Part shown: positions 31,101 to 39,174 of the stretch, in pieces
How positions within the stretch are numbered: position 1 is the first letter of the stretch
How the letters are laid out: every line of letters begins with the position of its first letter
Assembly: GCA_041650995.1 (NCBI GenBank)
Contig: JBAZJZ010000002.1
Span: 13,344-77,343 of the forward strand
Reading direction: 5' to 3'
Source of the DNA: Patescibacteria group bacterium
GTDB taxonomy: Bacteria; Patescibacteriota; Patescibacteriia; XYB2-FULL-38-15
DNA length: 64,000 bases
Position numbers and translations under genes: made by a program
The notes under the pieces: generated by a model
The model's database searches: none
Seen by the model: only the letters and a program-made list of their open reading frames with translations
Told to the model about the DNA's origin: nothing

Positions 31101-34100
31101 ACTACGGCGGGAATTTTCGGGCTGATGGAGATTTAGGTATTGCTGTTTCTGGTTGGGCTTCTGCAAGTAGCGCAACAGCGAATTATGGTGGGAAATTTTT
31201 AGCAGGGGGTACGGGAGGAGCATATGGGGTATATGGCGAAGCAACTGGCCTTTCGGGTACAAATTATGGTGTTTATGGGAAAGGTTCAGTAGGTGTTTAT
31301 GGTTATGTTAGCGCAACGCAGTATGGTTATTTAGGGGATTCCACCTACGGCGTTTATGGCCGCGGTACAATTGGTGTTTATGGAACAGACGGGACTAGAT
31401 ATGGACAATTGGGGTATGCTTCGGCAGGTGTTTATGGAACAGACGGGACTAGATATGGACAATTGGGTACGGGAAGTTATGGTGTTTATGGTTATTATGA
31501 CGCCACGCATTCAGGCTATATTGGTGGCGCGAGTTATGGAATTTACGGAACCGGTGCTGATGGCGAGGGGGTGCACGGCGAAGCAACGACTGGTTATGGC
31601 GTTCGCGGTAATGCAACAACCGGTTATGGTACGTCAGGATTTTTGTCTGGTGAAACGGGACGAGCAGTTTGGGGTTCTGCTTACAACGCGAGCGGTACAA
31701 CAACTTATGGTGGATATTTTAGTTCGTCCGGCACTTCTGGTTATGGTGTTTATGCGGAAGCAACTGCGAAAAGCACTGTTTATGGTGTTTACGGGGTTGC
31801 TTCAGATGCAGGAGCGGGCACAAGTTACGGAGGGTATTTCACATCTGCTGGCACGACAGGCCGCGCAGTTTACGGCTCAGCCTCAACTACTGGAGCAACA
31901 ACAGCTTATGGCGGTTATTTTACATCTGCTAGTGATTACGGTCGTGGTGTTTATGGTGAGGCTACTGATACTGCCGCAGTTCAAAATTATGGCGGTTATT
32001 TCTCCGCCGCGGGCGGGGCGGGCATTGGCGTTTATGGTGTAGCTTCTGCCGCAAGTACTGTTTATGGCGGCTATTTTGAAGCTACGAATACAGGAGCTGT
32101 GACAAATTACGGCGTTTATGGGAAAGCCGCCGGAGACACCGGTTATGGAGTTAGGGGTGAGGCTTCTGACACGGGCGCGGTAGCAAATTATGGCGGATAT
32201 TTTTCCGCAGCTGGAACAGGTGGCGGAGTGGGTATTTACGGGTCCGCGACGGGCGCTTCTGGTACAAACTATGGAGTCTACGGCGCGGTGACTTCAGCCG
32301 CTGGCTGGGCAGGGTATTTTACCGGGGGCTATGGTTTGTATGTCAGCGGTTCAGCTAGTCAAATGACCGGTGCCGCTTCTGGCCCGACTTTAACGGTTGC
32401 TGCAACCTCCGTCTCCGCAAATAATATTGCTTTAAAAGTTACTTGGGCTGACAGTTATCTCACAACCACCGACGGCGGCCCTTTAAAAATCGTTTCCACA
32501 ACTGACACCGGTTTTACCACTACGGGTGATGCCGCGACCAGACGCGTTGGTTTAATCCAGGTTGACGCGAATGTTACTTCAGCCTCAAGCGGAAATTTTA
32601 TTGCCTTTAACTCTGATGTTAATGGCACTCCGGACGCAGAATTCAGGGTGTCAATGGCTGGTGCGACTTATGCTGATGGCGCTTATTCATCGGCTGGCGC
32701 TGACTTAGCCGAAGTTTTTGATGTGAGTGATTTATCTTTATCTTTGGGAGATTTGGTGGTGGTTGACAATGTTACTGGTAAACTTAAAAAATCATCCGCT
32801 GCTTATGAAGAAGGATTAGTTGGGATCGTGACTGATGCGACAATGGCAGCTTTTATCGGCGGAGATTCAGATGGTGACCTCGGCCCGGATCAAAGAGTTA
32901 TTACTTTAATTGGTAGAATGTCTTTGACAAAAGTTAATGATGAAAATGGCACAATTAATCCGGGAGATTTGTTAACGTCTTCATCAATGCCTGGCGTAGC
33001 AATGAAAGCCACAAAACCCGGTTCGGTGATTGGTCGGGCATTAGCGTCATGGAGCGGCCCGGGGCAAGGAACGATTGAAGTTTATGTTAATCAAAAATGG
33101 CATTCAGGCGGAACGATTACTACTGATGGCACGATTTCTTTTTTCAATGATGATTTTACTTTCAATAAAACAGAAACAGCGACAGAAATTATTCAGGGTT
33201 ATAACTCCAAAGGTTTAACTTTTCGCGGTTCTGGTTGGGATGGCGCTACGGCGCAAAATGTGGAAATGAAAATTAATAATGTTGTCGCGAGCGCGTCAAA
33301 TTACAAATTAGCAGTTTTAAATAATGCAGGGCAGGAAGTTGCTTATCTTGATCAGGCCGGCGCGTTTGGTCTTTCCGGGAAATTTTATCCGGCCTCGCCA
33401 ACAGGCGCGCAAACCGATGCTTACATTTTCTATCGTAACAATCGCATAAGAACGAACGCCGCTGGATGGGCGACAGGCTCGTTTGATTTTGCCGAAATGT
33501 TCTTATCGCACGAATTGCTTGAGGCTGGAGACGTGGTTGTGTTAGACGAGGCGACAAATGAGTATGTAAAAAAATCAACCACTACTTATAATAATATGGC
33601 GCTCGGCATTGTTTCTACTGAGCCGGGATTTTTAGCCGGAGCCAATGTTGATTTTGACGACCCTTCGGCCGATCAAGGTTATCCGATCGCCCTGGCTGGC
33701 CGCGTGCCGACAAAAGTTTCTGCGGAAAACGGTCCGATTCGGCCTGGCGACTTTTTAACAACTTCCGCGACGCCTGGCGTGGCCATGAAAGCGACTGAGT
33801 CGGGTTTGATTATTGGAACAGCGCTTGAAAGTTTTGATGGCCCTGGTGTTGGTTTAGTGAAAGTTTTCGTTAATCTCTCTTGGTATAACGTTATGGGGGA
33901 GACGACGCCAGTCGGAGAATTGGCACAGCTCACACTTACTGGTGATTTAAATATGAATGGCAATTATATTTTAAATGTCGGGAAGATTGTTGGGTTGGAT
34001 GAAAAATGGAGCATTGATGAAAATGGTATCTTGAAAGTAAAATTAATTGCTGAGGACGCGGGCGAGAAAGAGATGTTTGGAGTAACTTCAGATAAAGTAG

Positions 34101-34570
34101 AATTAACTTTGTCCGGATCTTCGCGGTTGGAGAACGGAACAAAGATGATTGATCTAAGTTTACTTGACCCAGAGTTTATCAAACATATTTCCGCGGAGAC
34201 TGCTCTAAAAATAATTGTGACATTAACCGAACCGGCTAACGGCGTCTATGTCGCGGAAAAAACTGCTTATAGTTTCCGAGTAGCGGAATTGAATGCCGGA
34301 ACTTCTGACGCGGCCTTTGATTGGATTGTGATTGCGAGACGAAAGGGCTACGAAGATCCGCCAACAACACCCGCGCCAAGCGAACCAGCGCCGTCTGCTC
34401 CAAGCGAACCCCCACCAAGCGAACCAGCGCCAGAAACTCCTCCTTCTGAACCAGCTCCGTCAGAGCCTGTGCCAACTGAGCCAACTCCAGAAGTTCCTCC
34501 AGTAGAATCTGCCCCAAGTGAACCGGCACCGTCTGAACCGGCGCCAAGTGAGCCAGCGCCAGCGCCGTAG
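25115..34570 (+). CDS. Giant (3151 aa) tail-fibre-like repeat surface protein with two autochaperone-like domains and PSEPA tail
   Basis: N-terminal TM; LNYQGKL...YAFNADLLDG; dozens of NYGGYF..G / GVYG.A repeats; ADLAEVF and FDFAEMF...GRVPTKV..ENGPI.PGD.LT. Confidence 0.85.
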   Translation: MFSSGEEKPNIRIPSQGGTNLTLLVFVLGILSLTSIGIMTLSVVKQLRPTAFTAINKQLNYQGKLQNSGGITVADGNYLMKFSIYDAASGGSRLWTECGTTGTPTARTVAVANGVFSVMLGDTNSDSCPGGTDSNAINLDFNSDSYYLGLTVESDAEMEPRKRVGASGYAFNADLLDGLNTSAAGGSFAFVPVTDGSGHLTLTQNLTLGGVMKASDGAVGAPSYTFTSDLDTGLYYSATQINVGVGGAAVANVSASGLAVDTVKTLTATTLTLKGTVADGGTAVGATIGSNNTLSTAGAKLVSFVNNTTEKAYIDKDGVGYFSGGNFSGLSASSAVYTDASKNLTSTAPTSGSIGYWSRTSTTLSPATANDVVAVTGNSGDLLTLTSTATGADNKALNIAASGATTGTDYGAYISNTGAGTTNVGLYVTASGAVTNNYAAIFAAGNVGVGITSPAYTLDVSSSGTRAVNAITSNNSGYAIYGTASATGAVTNYGVYGATAGDSGRGVYGTASATGAVTNYGGYFSSAGNSGRGVYGTASATGAVTNYGGLFYAAGNTGYGVYGHATATGAVGNTGGYFRADGGSGVGVTGTAPTTGAVTNYGGYFSSAGNSGRGISAVATATGAVTNIGGAFSSAGDTGIGVQGSATGSGGVNYGVYGTTSSATGWGGYFSGGLGLYASAARINSLTASSAVYTDASKNLTSTAPTSGALGYWSRTGTVLSPTTSGDTATVAGLNVNFGPITNAYVAINPWYQNSIGSANGIGLPMNRLLGSNTGRHTVTTTGFSGGTSVLYDSFYDSAAIIPYGGTGTVEVDFNPQMGWTDNTASPSFTYENGMLVMSFYYTYFPTNITVEMYHYNSVSLVDEWTTIYTTASNNKNPLIVNTSPTITYIKKIKFTFSGGGDPGLGIRIAELEWFPTRESSANQLAVIPKYYNQNMDVSWTNLNMKKTTDWSTTATISNAGAAYFVGPVGINDTSADASLEVVNDGSGDSFLVADTNDGDTTPFVIQADGDVGIGTAAPVSLLHLVKDSTYNSENTGAIKITDSTLTDTGLIIGTDATNDIGYIQSLDPGTSYTTRPLILNPNGGYVGISDISPAALFTVGSGDLFQVNSSGAIAAATGIISSGTIQFTGLTASSAVYTDASKNLTSTAPTSGAIGYWSRSGTTLSPATANDVVSVSGTGAIAITGTSSAAGGYGIYGTATDATAVANYGGYFIAAGTGSGTAGVYGESTATGGFSPFYGGYFTAAGNLGVGVQGVATATAFATNYGVYGQADGDTGVGVRGLASGTEGINYGGYFWSNGPGGYGVYGRANSGTGTTYGVYGEVISSSGWAGYFDGGLGLYASAARIDSLSASSAVYTDASKNLTSTAPTSGAIGYWSRSGTTLSPATANDVVSVSGTGAIAITGTSSAAGGYGIYGTATDATAVANYGGYFTAAGTGTLTAGVYGEVTATADNIAGVYGKATNTGAYINYGGAFFANGENGRGVYGEAVSNAAATNYGGYFVGGGTAANTAGVYGQATNTGAVANYGGYFLAEGTGSAAAGIYGEASGAGSVYGVQGAATDTGAVANYGGYFTAAGTVTGATGVYGEASGATNLALGVHGVASATGAVTNYGGVFTGAGNTGRGVYGEATATGAYTNYGVYGMAVGDTGRAVYGTAQATTSAVNYGGYFVTHGDGTFAAGAYGEASGAGSVFGVIGYASNSGAVTNTGGAFTANGETGRGVYGQASNSAATVNYGGYFIADGAGAGTAGVRGIANGGAAVYGVYGSTISANTGASGVYGEASGAASEVIGVQGAASSSGAVANYGGYFAAFGSGTGASGVYGLATAVGIVYGVQGRASAVDNATSYGGYFTTEGYTGRGVYGYAEYIGATVNYGGYFEANGAGAGTAGVRGIANANAAVYGVYGSTSGQASGAVGVYGLASAAADVIGVQGAATSAGAYENYGGYFYAAGNSGRGVYGTAVASGAVTNYGGYFQASGNSGSAVYGLASATGAVTNYGGNFRADGDLGIAVSGWASASSATANYGGKFLAGGTGGAYGVYGEATGLSGTNYGVYGKGSVGVYGYVSATQYGYLGDSTYGVYGRGTIGVYGTDGTRYGQLGYASAGVYGTDGTRYGQLGTGSYGVYGYYDATHSGYIGGASYGIYGTGADGEGVHGEATTGYGVRGNATTGYGTSGFLSGETGRAVWGSAYNASGTTTYGGYFSSSGTSGYGVYAEATAKSTVYGVYGVASDAGAGTSYGGYFTSAGTTGRAVYGSASTTGATTAYGGYFTSASDYGRGVYGEATDTAAVQNYGGYFSAAGGAGIGVYGVASAASTVYGGYFEATNTGAVTNYGVYGKAAGDTGYGVRGEASDTGAVANYGGYFSAAGTGGGVGIYGSATGASGTNYGVYGAVTSAAGWAGYFTGGYGLYVSGSASQMTGAASGPTLTVAATSVSANNIALKVTWADSYLTTTDGGPLKIVSTTDTGFTTTGDAATRRVGLIQVDANVTSASSGNFIAFNSDVNGTPDAEFRVSMAGATYADGAYSSAGADLAEVFDVSDLSLSLGDLVVVDNVTGKLKKSSAAYEEGLVGIVTDATMAAFIGGDSDGDLGPDQRVITLIGRMSLTKVNDENGTINPGDLLTSSSMPGVAMKATKPGSVIGRALASWSGPGQGTIEVYVNQKWHSGGTITTDGTISFFNDDFTFNKTETATEIIQGYNSKGLTFRGSGWDGATAQNVEMKINNVVASASNYKLAVLNNAGQEVAYLDQAGAFGLSGKFYPASPTGAQTDAYIFYRNNRIRTNAAGWATGSFDFAEMFLSHELLEAGDVVVLDEATNEYVKKSTTTYNNMALGIVSTEPGFLAGANVDFDDPSADQGYPIALAGRVPTKVSAENGPIRPGDFLTTSATPGVAMKATESGLIIGTALESFDGPGVGLVKVFVNLSWYNVMGETTPVGELAQLTLTGDLNMNGNYILNVGKIVGLDEKWSIDENGILKVKLIAEDAGEKEMFGVTSDKVELTLSGSSRLENGTKMIDLSLLDPEFIKHISAETALKIIVTLTEPANGVYVAEKTAYSFRVAELNAGTSDAAFDWIVIARRKGYEDPPTTPAPSEPAPSAPSEPPPSEPAPETPPSEPAPSEPVPTEPTPEVPPVESAPSEPAPSEPAPSEPAPAP
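28517..29411 (+). repeat. 238-bp exact intragenic duplication (28517-28754 = 29174-29411)
   Basis: Identical DNA encoding SAVYTDASKNL...ANYGGYF. Confidence 0.85.
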
Positions 34571-34794
34571 TGGTTATTAAAAATTGTAAACGAGTTGTGC
34601 CTTCGGGTACGGGCCATAACTCGTATATAATAGCAGCTCCCCACCGCAAGGTGAGGAGTTGTTGTATTTATTGATTTTTTATAAATCAACTGATTAAAAT
34701 TATTTAATTTTTGTGGTATAATTAAAAAGGAAGAGGTTGGGGAAAGAAGCAGATCCCTAACTTTGAATATCTATCTCCTAATATTTATAATTGT

Positions 34795-37266
34795 ATGTTT
34801 GATTCAATTCAAAACAGTCACCCTCATAAACAAAATGGCAGGAATAAAAATTCTTTGCGCCCGTTAGTTTTAATCTTGGGATTTTTTGCTATTGCGAGCC
34901 TTGGCGTTATTGGTTTTGCTTTGTTGCAAAAATGGAGTCCTCCAGTTTCTGCCGCGCCGGGAATTTATAAAGTTTTAAATTACCAAGGAAAGCTGGAGGA
35001 CTCTGGCGGCATTACCGTGGCTGATGGAGCGTATAATATAAAATTTACGATTTATAATGCCCCCGCGGGCAATGTTGTCCTTTGGACCGCGCGTGAATCA
35101 GACGCTTGCGGCGCTCCTTTTAATCCTTCGGCAAAATCAGTCACAACTTCGCTTGGTATTTTTTCCACTCAACTTGGCGAGTCGGGTGATTGTCCAATAA
35201 ATTTAGATTTTAATGATGATTCATATTATCTTGGCATAACTGTTGGCGCGGATTCGGAAATGACGCCGAGAAAAAGAATCGGGGCAGCTGGGTATGCTTT
35301 TAACGCGGATTTAATGGATGGTCTGGATTCTTCTGAAATTGGAGGCGCAACTGCTTTTGTTCCGGTAACAGATTCAAGCGGGAATTTTGTTTTAACTGGC
35401 AATGTTACTTTTGATACAAATACTTTTTTTCTTGATTCCACAAATGACAATATTGGAATTGGTACGGCCGCCCCGGATACTGATCGGACCGTAGATTTAA
35501 CGACTGCTAAAAAATACGGAGTTTATTCCGTGACAAGTTCGGCGGCAAAGAACACTGTAGCAGTTTATGGTCAGTCAACTGATGCAACTAACAATACTAG
35601 ATACGGTGGATATTTTACTGCGGCAGGTGGCGGAGGTCGAGGCGTTTTTGGTGAGGCTTCAGAGTCAGGAAATCCAATGATTGCAAATTATGGCGGTTAT
35701 TTTACCTCGGCGGGAGATTGGGGGTTGGGCGTTTATGGAGAAGCTTCTGCGAGCGGTTTGGGGACAAGTAATACGGGGGGATCTTTTACTGCGGCGGGAG
35801 ACACTGGTTACGGAGTTAGAGGTGTAGCTTCCGGGACAGCCGGGGTAAATTATGGTGGCTATTTTATATCATACGGGCCCGGCGGATATGGAGTTTATAG
35901 CTGGGCGAATGATACCAGCGCCGCGGCGAATTACGGAGGGTATTTCCGGGCTAGCGGCCAAGGCGGATATGGAGTTTATGGTATAGCATCAGATACGACT
36001 GCCACGGCTAATTACGGTGGATATTTCACCGCGGCTGGCACAGGTGCTTTATCAAGCGGTGTCTATGGTGAGGCATCTGGTTCTGGAACCGTTATAGGTG
36101 TGAGGGGATATGCCCCAGATCTTACTGCAGGAGTTACAAACTACGGCGGTTATTTTTCCGCCCAAGGCGGCACAGCCCAAGCTGTTTTTGGTGATGCTAC
36201 AAATACCGGAGCCGAAATAAATTACGGTGGTTATTTTACTGCGCGCGGTTCAGGGGCTGGAACATCAGGAGTCTATGCCGAGGCAAGCGGGGCAGCATCT
36301 GTTTACGGCGTCTATGGGCTTGCTTCCGATAGTACTGCGGTTACAAACTATGGTGGATATTTTACCGCGGCTGGCACAGGCGCGGGCACAAGCGGTGTTT
36401 ACGGTTTAGCCTCGGGAGCAGCTAGCGTTTACGGTGTTAGAGGCGAGGCCCCGGCTACTGGCGCGGTACAAAATTTTGGTGGATATTTCACCGCGGCTGG
36501 CGATACAGCCATAGCGGTTTATGGTGCGGCTACGGCCATAGCTGGAGCAAGTAATATGGGAGGATTTTTTAAAGCAGACGGCAACGCAGCTGATTCCTAC
36601 GGCGTTTATGCCCTTGCTAGTGGATCCGGAAACAATTATGGTATTTTTGCCTCAACCCTTTCTGTGACTGGTTGGGCAGGATTTTTTAATGGAGGCCGAG
36701 GAATTTATGCTTATCGTTTTTCAATCAACGACGGAATTACGGCGGTTGATTATAACACAATTGGTCCAGCACTCGCAGGCCATACCGGCGGAGGAGAAAT
36801 TACAGATCAGAACGATCTTTTTATCAATGGTAGCTTGGAAGTTGACGGAGAGGCCTGGCTTGATGGCGGTCATACTGACTTAGCGGAAATGGTTGCTTAC
36901 AGCGGCGAGGGCGAGGCTGGTGATGTTATTGTCATTGATGATCAAAATGATAATTCGGCAAAACTTGCAACCAAACCTTATGATCAAAGTGTTCTTGGGA
37001 TTATCTCTACCAAGCCAAGTTTAATTATCACAGGCGACATTAGAGAGGGAAAACTTTTGGCCGTCGCTGGCCGCGTGCCGACAAAAGTAACAAATATCAA
37101 TGGTATGATTCATCGTGGAGATTTGCTGACAACCTCTTTGATCCCTGGCCACGCCATGAAAGCGACTGCGCCAGGTCCGATTGTTGGTAAAGCTTTGGGT
37201 GAATGCAACGAGGGTCAGTGTGTTATTTGGGTTTTTCTAAATGTGAGTTGGTACGGTGGGATATAA
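34795..37266 (+). CDS. Shorter paralog (823 aa) of the giant tail-fibre-like protein
   Basis: Same N-domain (LNYQGKLEDSGGITVADG), same repeats, one DLAEM...GRVPTKV domain. Confidence 0.85.
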   Translation: MFDSIQNSHPHKQNGRNKNSLRPLVLILGFFAIASLGVIGFALLQKWSPPVSAAPGIYKVLNYQGKLEDSGGITVADGAYNIKFTIYNAPAGNVVLWTARESDACGAPFNPSAKSVTTSLGIFSTQLGESGDCPINLDFNDDSYYLGITVGADSEMTPRKRIGAAGYAFNADLMDGLDSSEIGGATAFVPVTDSSGNFVLTGNVTFDTNTFFLDSTNDNIGIGTAAPDTDRTVDLTTAKKYGVYSVTSSAAKNTVAVYGQSTDATNNTRYGGYFTAAGGGGRGVFGEASESGNPMIANYGGYFTSAGDWGLGVYGEASASGLGTSNTGGSFTAAGDTGYGVRGVASGTAGVNYGGYFISYGPGGYGVYSWANDTSAAANYGGYFRASGQGGYGVYGIASDTTATANYGGYFTAAGTGALSSGVYGEASGSGTVIGVRGYAPDLTAGVTNYGGYFSAQGGTAQAVFGDATNTGAEINYGGYFTARGSGAGTSGVYAEASGAASVYGVYGLASDSTAVTNYGGYFTAAGTGAGTSGVYGLASGAASVYGVRGEAPATGAVQNFGGYFTAAGDTAIAVYGAATAIAGASNMGGFFKADGNAADSYGVYALASGSGNNYGIFASTLSVTGWAGFFNGGRGIYAYRFSINDGITAVDYNTIGPALAGHTGGGEITDQNDLFINGSLEVDGEAWLDGGHTDLAEMVAYSGEGEAGDVIVIDDQNDNSAKLATKPYDQSVLGIISTKPSLIITGDIREGKLLAVAGRVPTKVTNINGMIHRGDLLTTSLIPGHAMKATAPGPIVGKALGECNEGQCVIWVFLNVSWYGGI

Positions 37267-37285
37267 AAATTTTAGTGATTTAAAT

Positions 37286-37315
37286 AAAATCCCGCCCCAA
37301 GGCGGGGTTTTTATT
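37286..37315 (+). terminator. Intrinsic terminator
   Basis: aaaatcccgcc ccaa ggcggggttttt. Confidence 0.75.
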
Positions 37316-37326
37316 TGGCGGCACAG

Positions 37327-37472
37327 TTGACAAAGAGGTAAAATTATGCTATTATAAATTGTAAAATTAGAGGTGGAGATTAGGCGAGATTTGTTTTAAA
37401 ACAAGCCAATTTCGGGTGATCTTCACTTTTCGAAGAACCGTCTCGGCAGCGCCGAGACAAGGAGTTTGACAA
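37327..37472 (+). promoter_or_regulatory. Cassette 1 promoter/leader (paralogous to 38182-38331)
   Basis: TTGACA-N17-TATTAT, then aaattgtaaaattaRaggtggagattagg, stem with ttcactttt, hairpin, SD AAGGAG. Confidence 0.75.
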
Positions 37473-38075
37473 ATGAAGACAACGATGATCGCGGTGTTCG
37501 TTTCCCTGTTCGTGGTTGGGTGCTACGGGAGCTACCAGAACTACGGTACGGACGATGTGGCGCTCGAGACCTGCGAAGTGCGAGTGACGACGAACGCGAC
37601 GAACGCTTCCGTCACGGTGGACGGCGTCGCGGTCGGCAGCGTGGCGGAACTCGCGATGGGCGAGCACACCTTCGCCGCTACGGCTCCCGGTTATTTTCCG
37701 GCGAGCGTAGTGGTGGGGGTGGACGAGGCGTGCGCCCCGGTTGCGCTTCAGCTTTTCCCCGACCTGAATGGAGACTACGATCTTGTGCTGCATAACACGC
37801 TCTACGATCGTCTCCTGCTGCACCTCGACCAGGACGAGGAAGGAAATCTCGTCGGCTACGACTGGTACGCCGACGACCCGGGACACAGCTTCCAGGAATT
37901 CACCGGCACTGTTTCGTTCGATGGAGAGGTTTATCTCCTCTCGGACGATTCGGTTCGGCTGAGTCTTTCGGGGCAGTGGACTCCGCCGAGAATTGGCGGC
38001 GTCTCTCGGATCGTCGGCACCTGGACTTCCGCCGCGGGCGGCGACGGAGAGTGGCTCGCCGAGTCGCGACCGTAG
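37473..38075 (+). CDS. GC-rich lipoprotein with PEGA-like domain
   Basis: Lipobox VVGC; ASVTVDGVAVG...GEHTFAATAPGY. Confidence 0.75.
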   Translation: MKTTMIAVFVSLFVVGCYGSYQNYGTDDVALETCEVRVTTNATNASVTVDGVAVGSVAELAMGEHTFAATAPGYFPASVVVGVDEACAPVALQLFPDLNGDYDLVLHNTLYDRLLLHLDQDEEGNLVGYDWYADDPGHSFQEFTGTVSFDGEVYLLSDDSVRLSLSGQWTPPRIGGVSRIVGTWTSAAGGDGEWLAESRP

Positions 38076-38089
38076 CGTCGACTGCGCTC

Positions 38090-38150
38090 GAACCGGCATC
38101 TGGCAGAAATCGTGAAGAACGATTCTCTGTCAGGTGCCGGTCTTTTTATT
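38090..38150 (+). repeat. 61-bp hairpin/terminator element, copy 1
   Basis: gaaccggcatctggcagaaatcgtgaagaacgattctctgtcaggtgccggtctttttatt. Confidence 0.9.
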
Positions 38151-38181
38151 AAGGGCGAAATTTTTCTTGGTTTAAACGAGA

Positions 38182-38331
38182 TTGACAAAAGGGTAAAAAT
38201 GTGTTATTATAAATTGTAAAATTAAAGGTGGAGATTAGGTGAAAAAGCCTTACTGCTAAAACTTTTTCAGGTAATTTTCACTTTTTGTGAATAGCCGTCC
38301 CGCAAGACTGCGGGCAAGGGAGGGGTTAACA
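38182..38331 (+). promoter_or_regulatory. Cassette 2 promoter/leader
   Basis: First ~60 nt nearly identical to 37327 region; hairpin gtcccgcaagactgcggg; SD GGGAGG. Confidence 0.75.
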
Positions 38332-38994
38332 ATGAAGGCGACGATCGCAATGTGCGCAATGAGCGTGGCGCTCACGGGCTGCCTTGGCATGGAGCTCGGC
38401 AATCCCGAGCCGTTTGAGTTCAGTCTTTCGACTGACTGGAGCAACCCGGAAGACGAGGTGCTCCGCGAGGCGGCTGAGATTTGGGAAAGGATGACCTGCC
38501 TGGACCTCTTCAATGACCAGGGCTACGAACCGCACGACGGGGGTTGGACTCGACCGAAGTTGAACGATCACAAGGATGTGGTCTATCCGTTTTCCCAGAT
38601 CGATACCACACCCGACATCGAAGACTACCTTGAGATGACAGGCGGGTTTGCCGGTTACTTCTGCGGCGACATCCTGATCATGCGGGGGGCGTATCTGCGC
38701 TCCGTGGACGATCAGATTTGTTTTTACAGCAGAGAGGGCGATCCTTCTCGTTGCTTGTCCGAAGAGGAGGCAAGGGAGGACTTTGTCTTCCAGTTCAATC
38801 TAGAGTTGGTCAAGAGAACCGCCATCCATGAATTCGGGCACGCGCTCGGTCTGGATCACAACGACTCCGCTCCTTCTGTGATGGGTACAGATGCATCTCC
38901 GCCCGAGTTCTATTCGGTAGAACCAACGGCGGCGGACATCGACAACCTCTGTCGACTGTACGACTGTCCGGCGGATTGTCCAACGCGACCATGA
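38332..38994 (+). CDS. GC-rich lipoprotein, matrixin/M10-like zinc metalloprotease
   Basis: Lipobox LTGC; HEFGHALGLDH...SVM (metzincin Met-turn)...DIDNLCRLY. Confidence 0.85.
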   Translation: MKATIAMCAMSVALTGCLGMELGNPEPFEFSLSTDWSNPEDEVLREAAEIWERMTCLDLFNDQGYEPHDGGWTRPKLNDHKDVVYPFSQIDTTPDIEDYLEMTGGFAGYFCGDILIMRGAYLRSVDDQICFYSREGDPSRCLSEEEAREDFVFQFNLELVKRTAIHEFGHALGLDHNDSAPSVMGTDASPPEFYSVEPTAADIDNLCRLYDCPADCPTRP

Positions 38995-38998
38995 GCTC

Positions 38999-39059
38999 GA
39001 ACCGGCATCTGGCAGAAATCGTGAAGAACGATTCTCTGCCAGGTGCCGGTCTTTTTATT
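38999..39059 (+). repeat. 61-bp hairpin/terminator element, copy 2
   Basis: One substitution versus copy 1. Confidence 0.9.
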
Positions 39060-39174
39060 TTGTTTTAATTTAAAATTTACAAAGATCCACTTGACTTTTA
39101 AGACATAATATATATATATGATAACGGCAGAACTGGTCGGCTAAAGGAAAGCCGAGCCGAGGAGGAGAAAGAAG

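Noticed and set aside
31356-32042. 228-aa overlapping + strand ORF
   Set aside because: Off-frame product of the repetitive GVYG codons in the giant gene.
25115-37266. Prophage, based on tail-fibre-like proteins
   Set aside because: No capsid, terminase, portal or integrase; proteins have N-terminal TM anchors and native composition.
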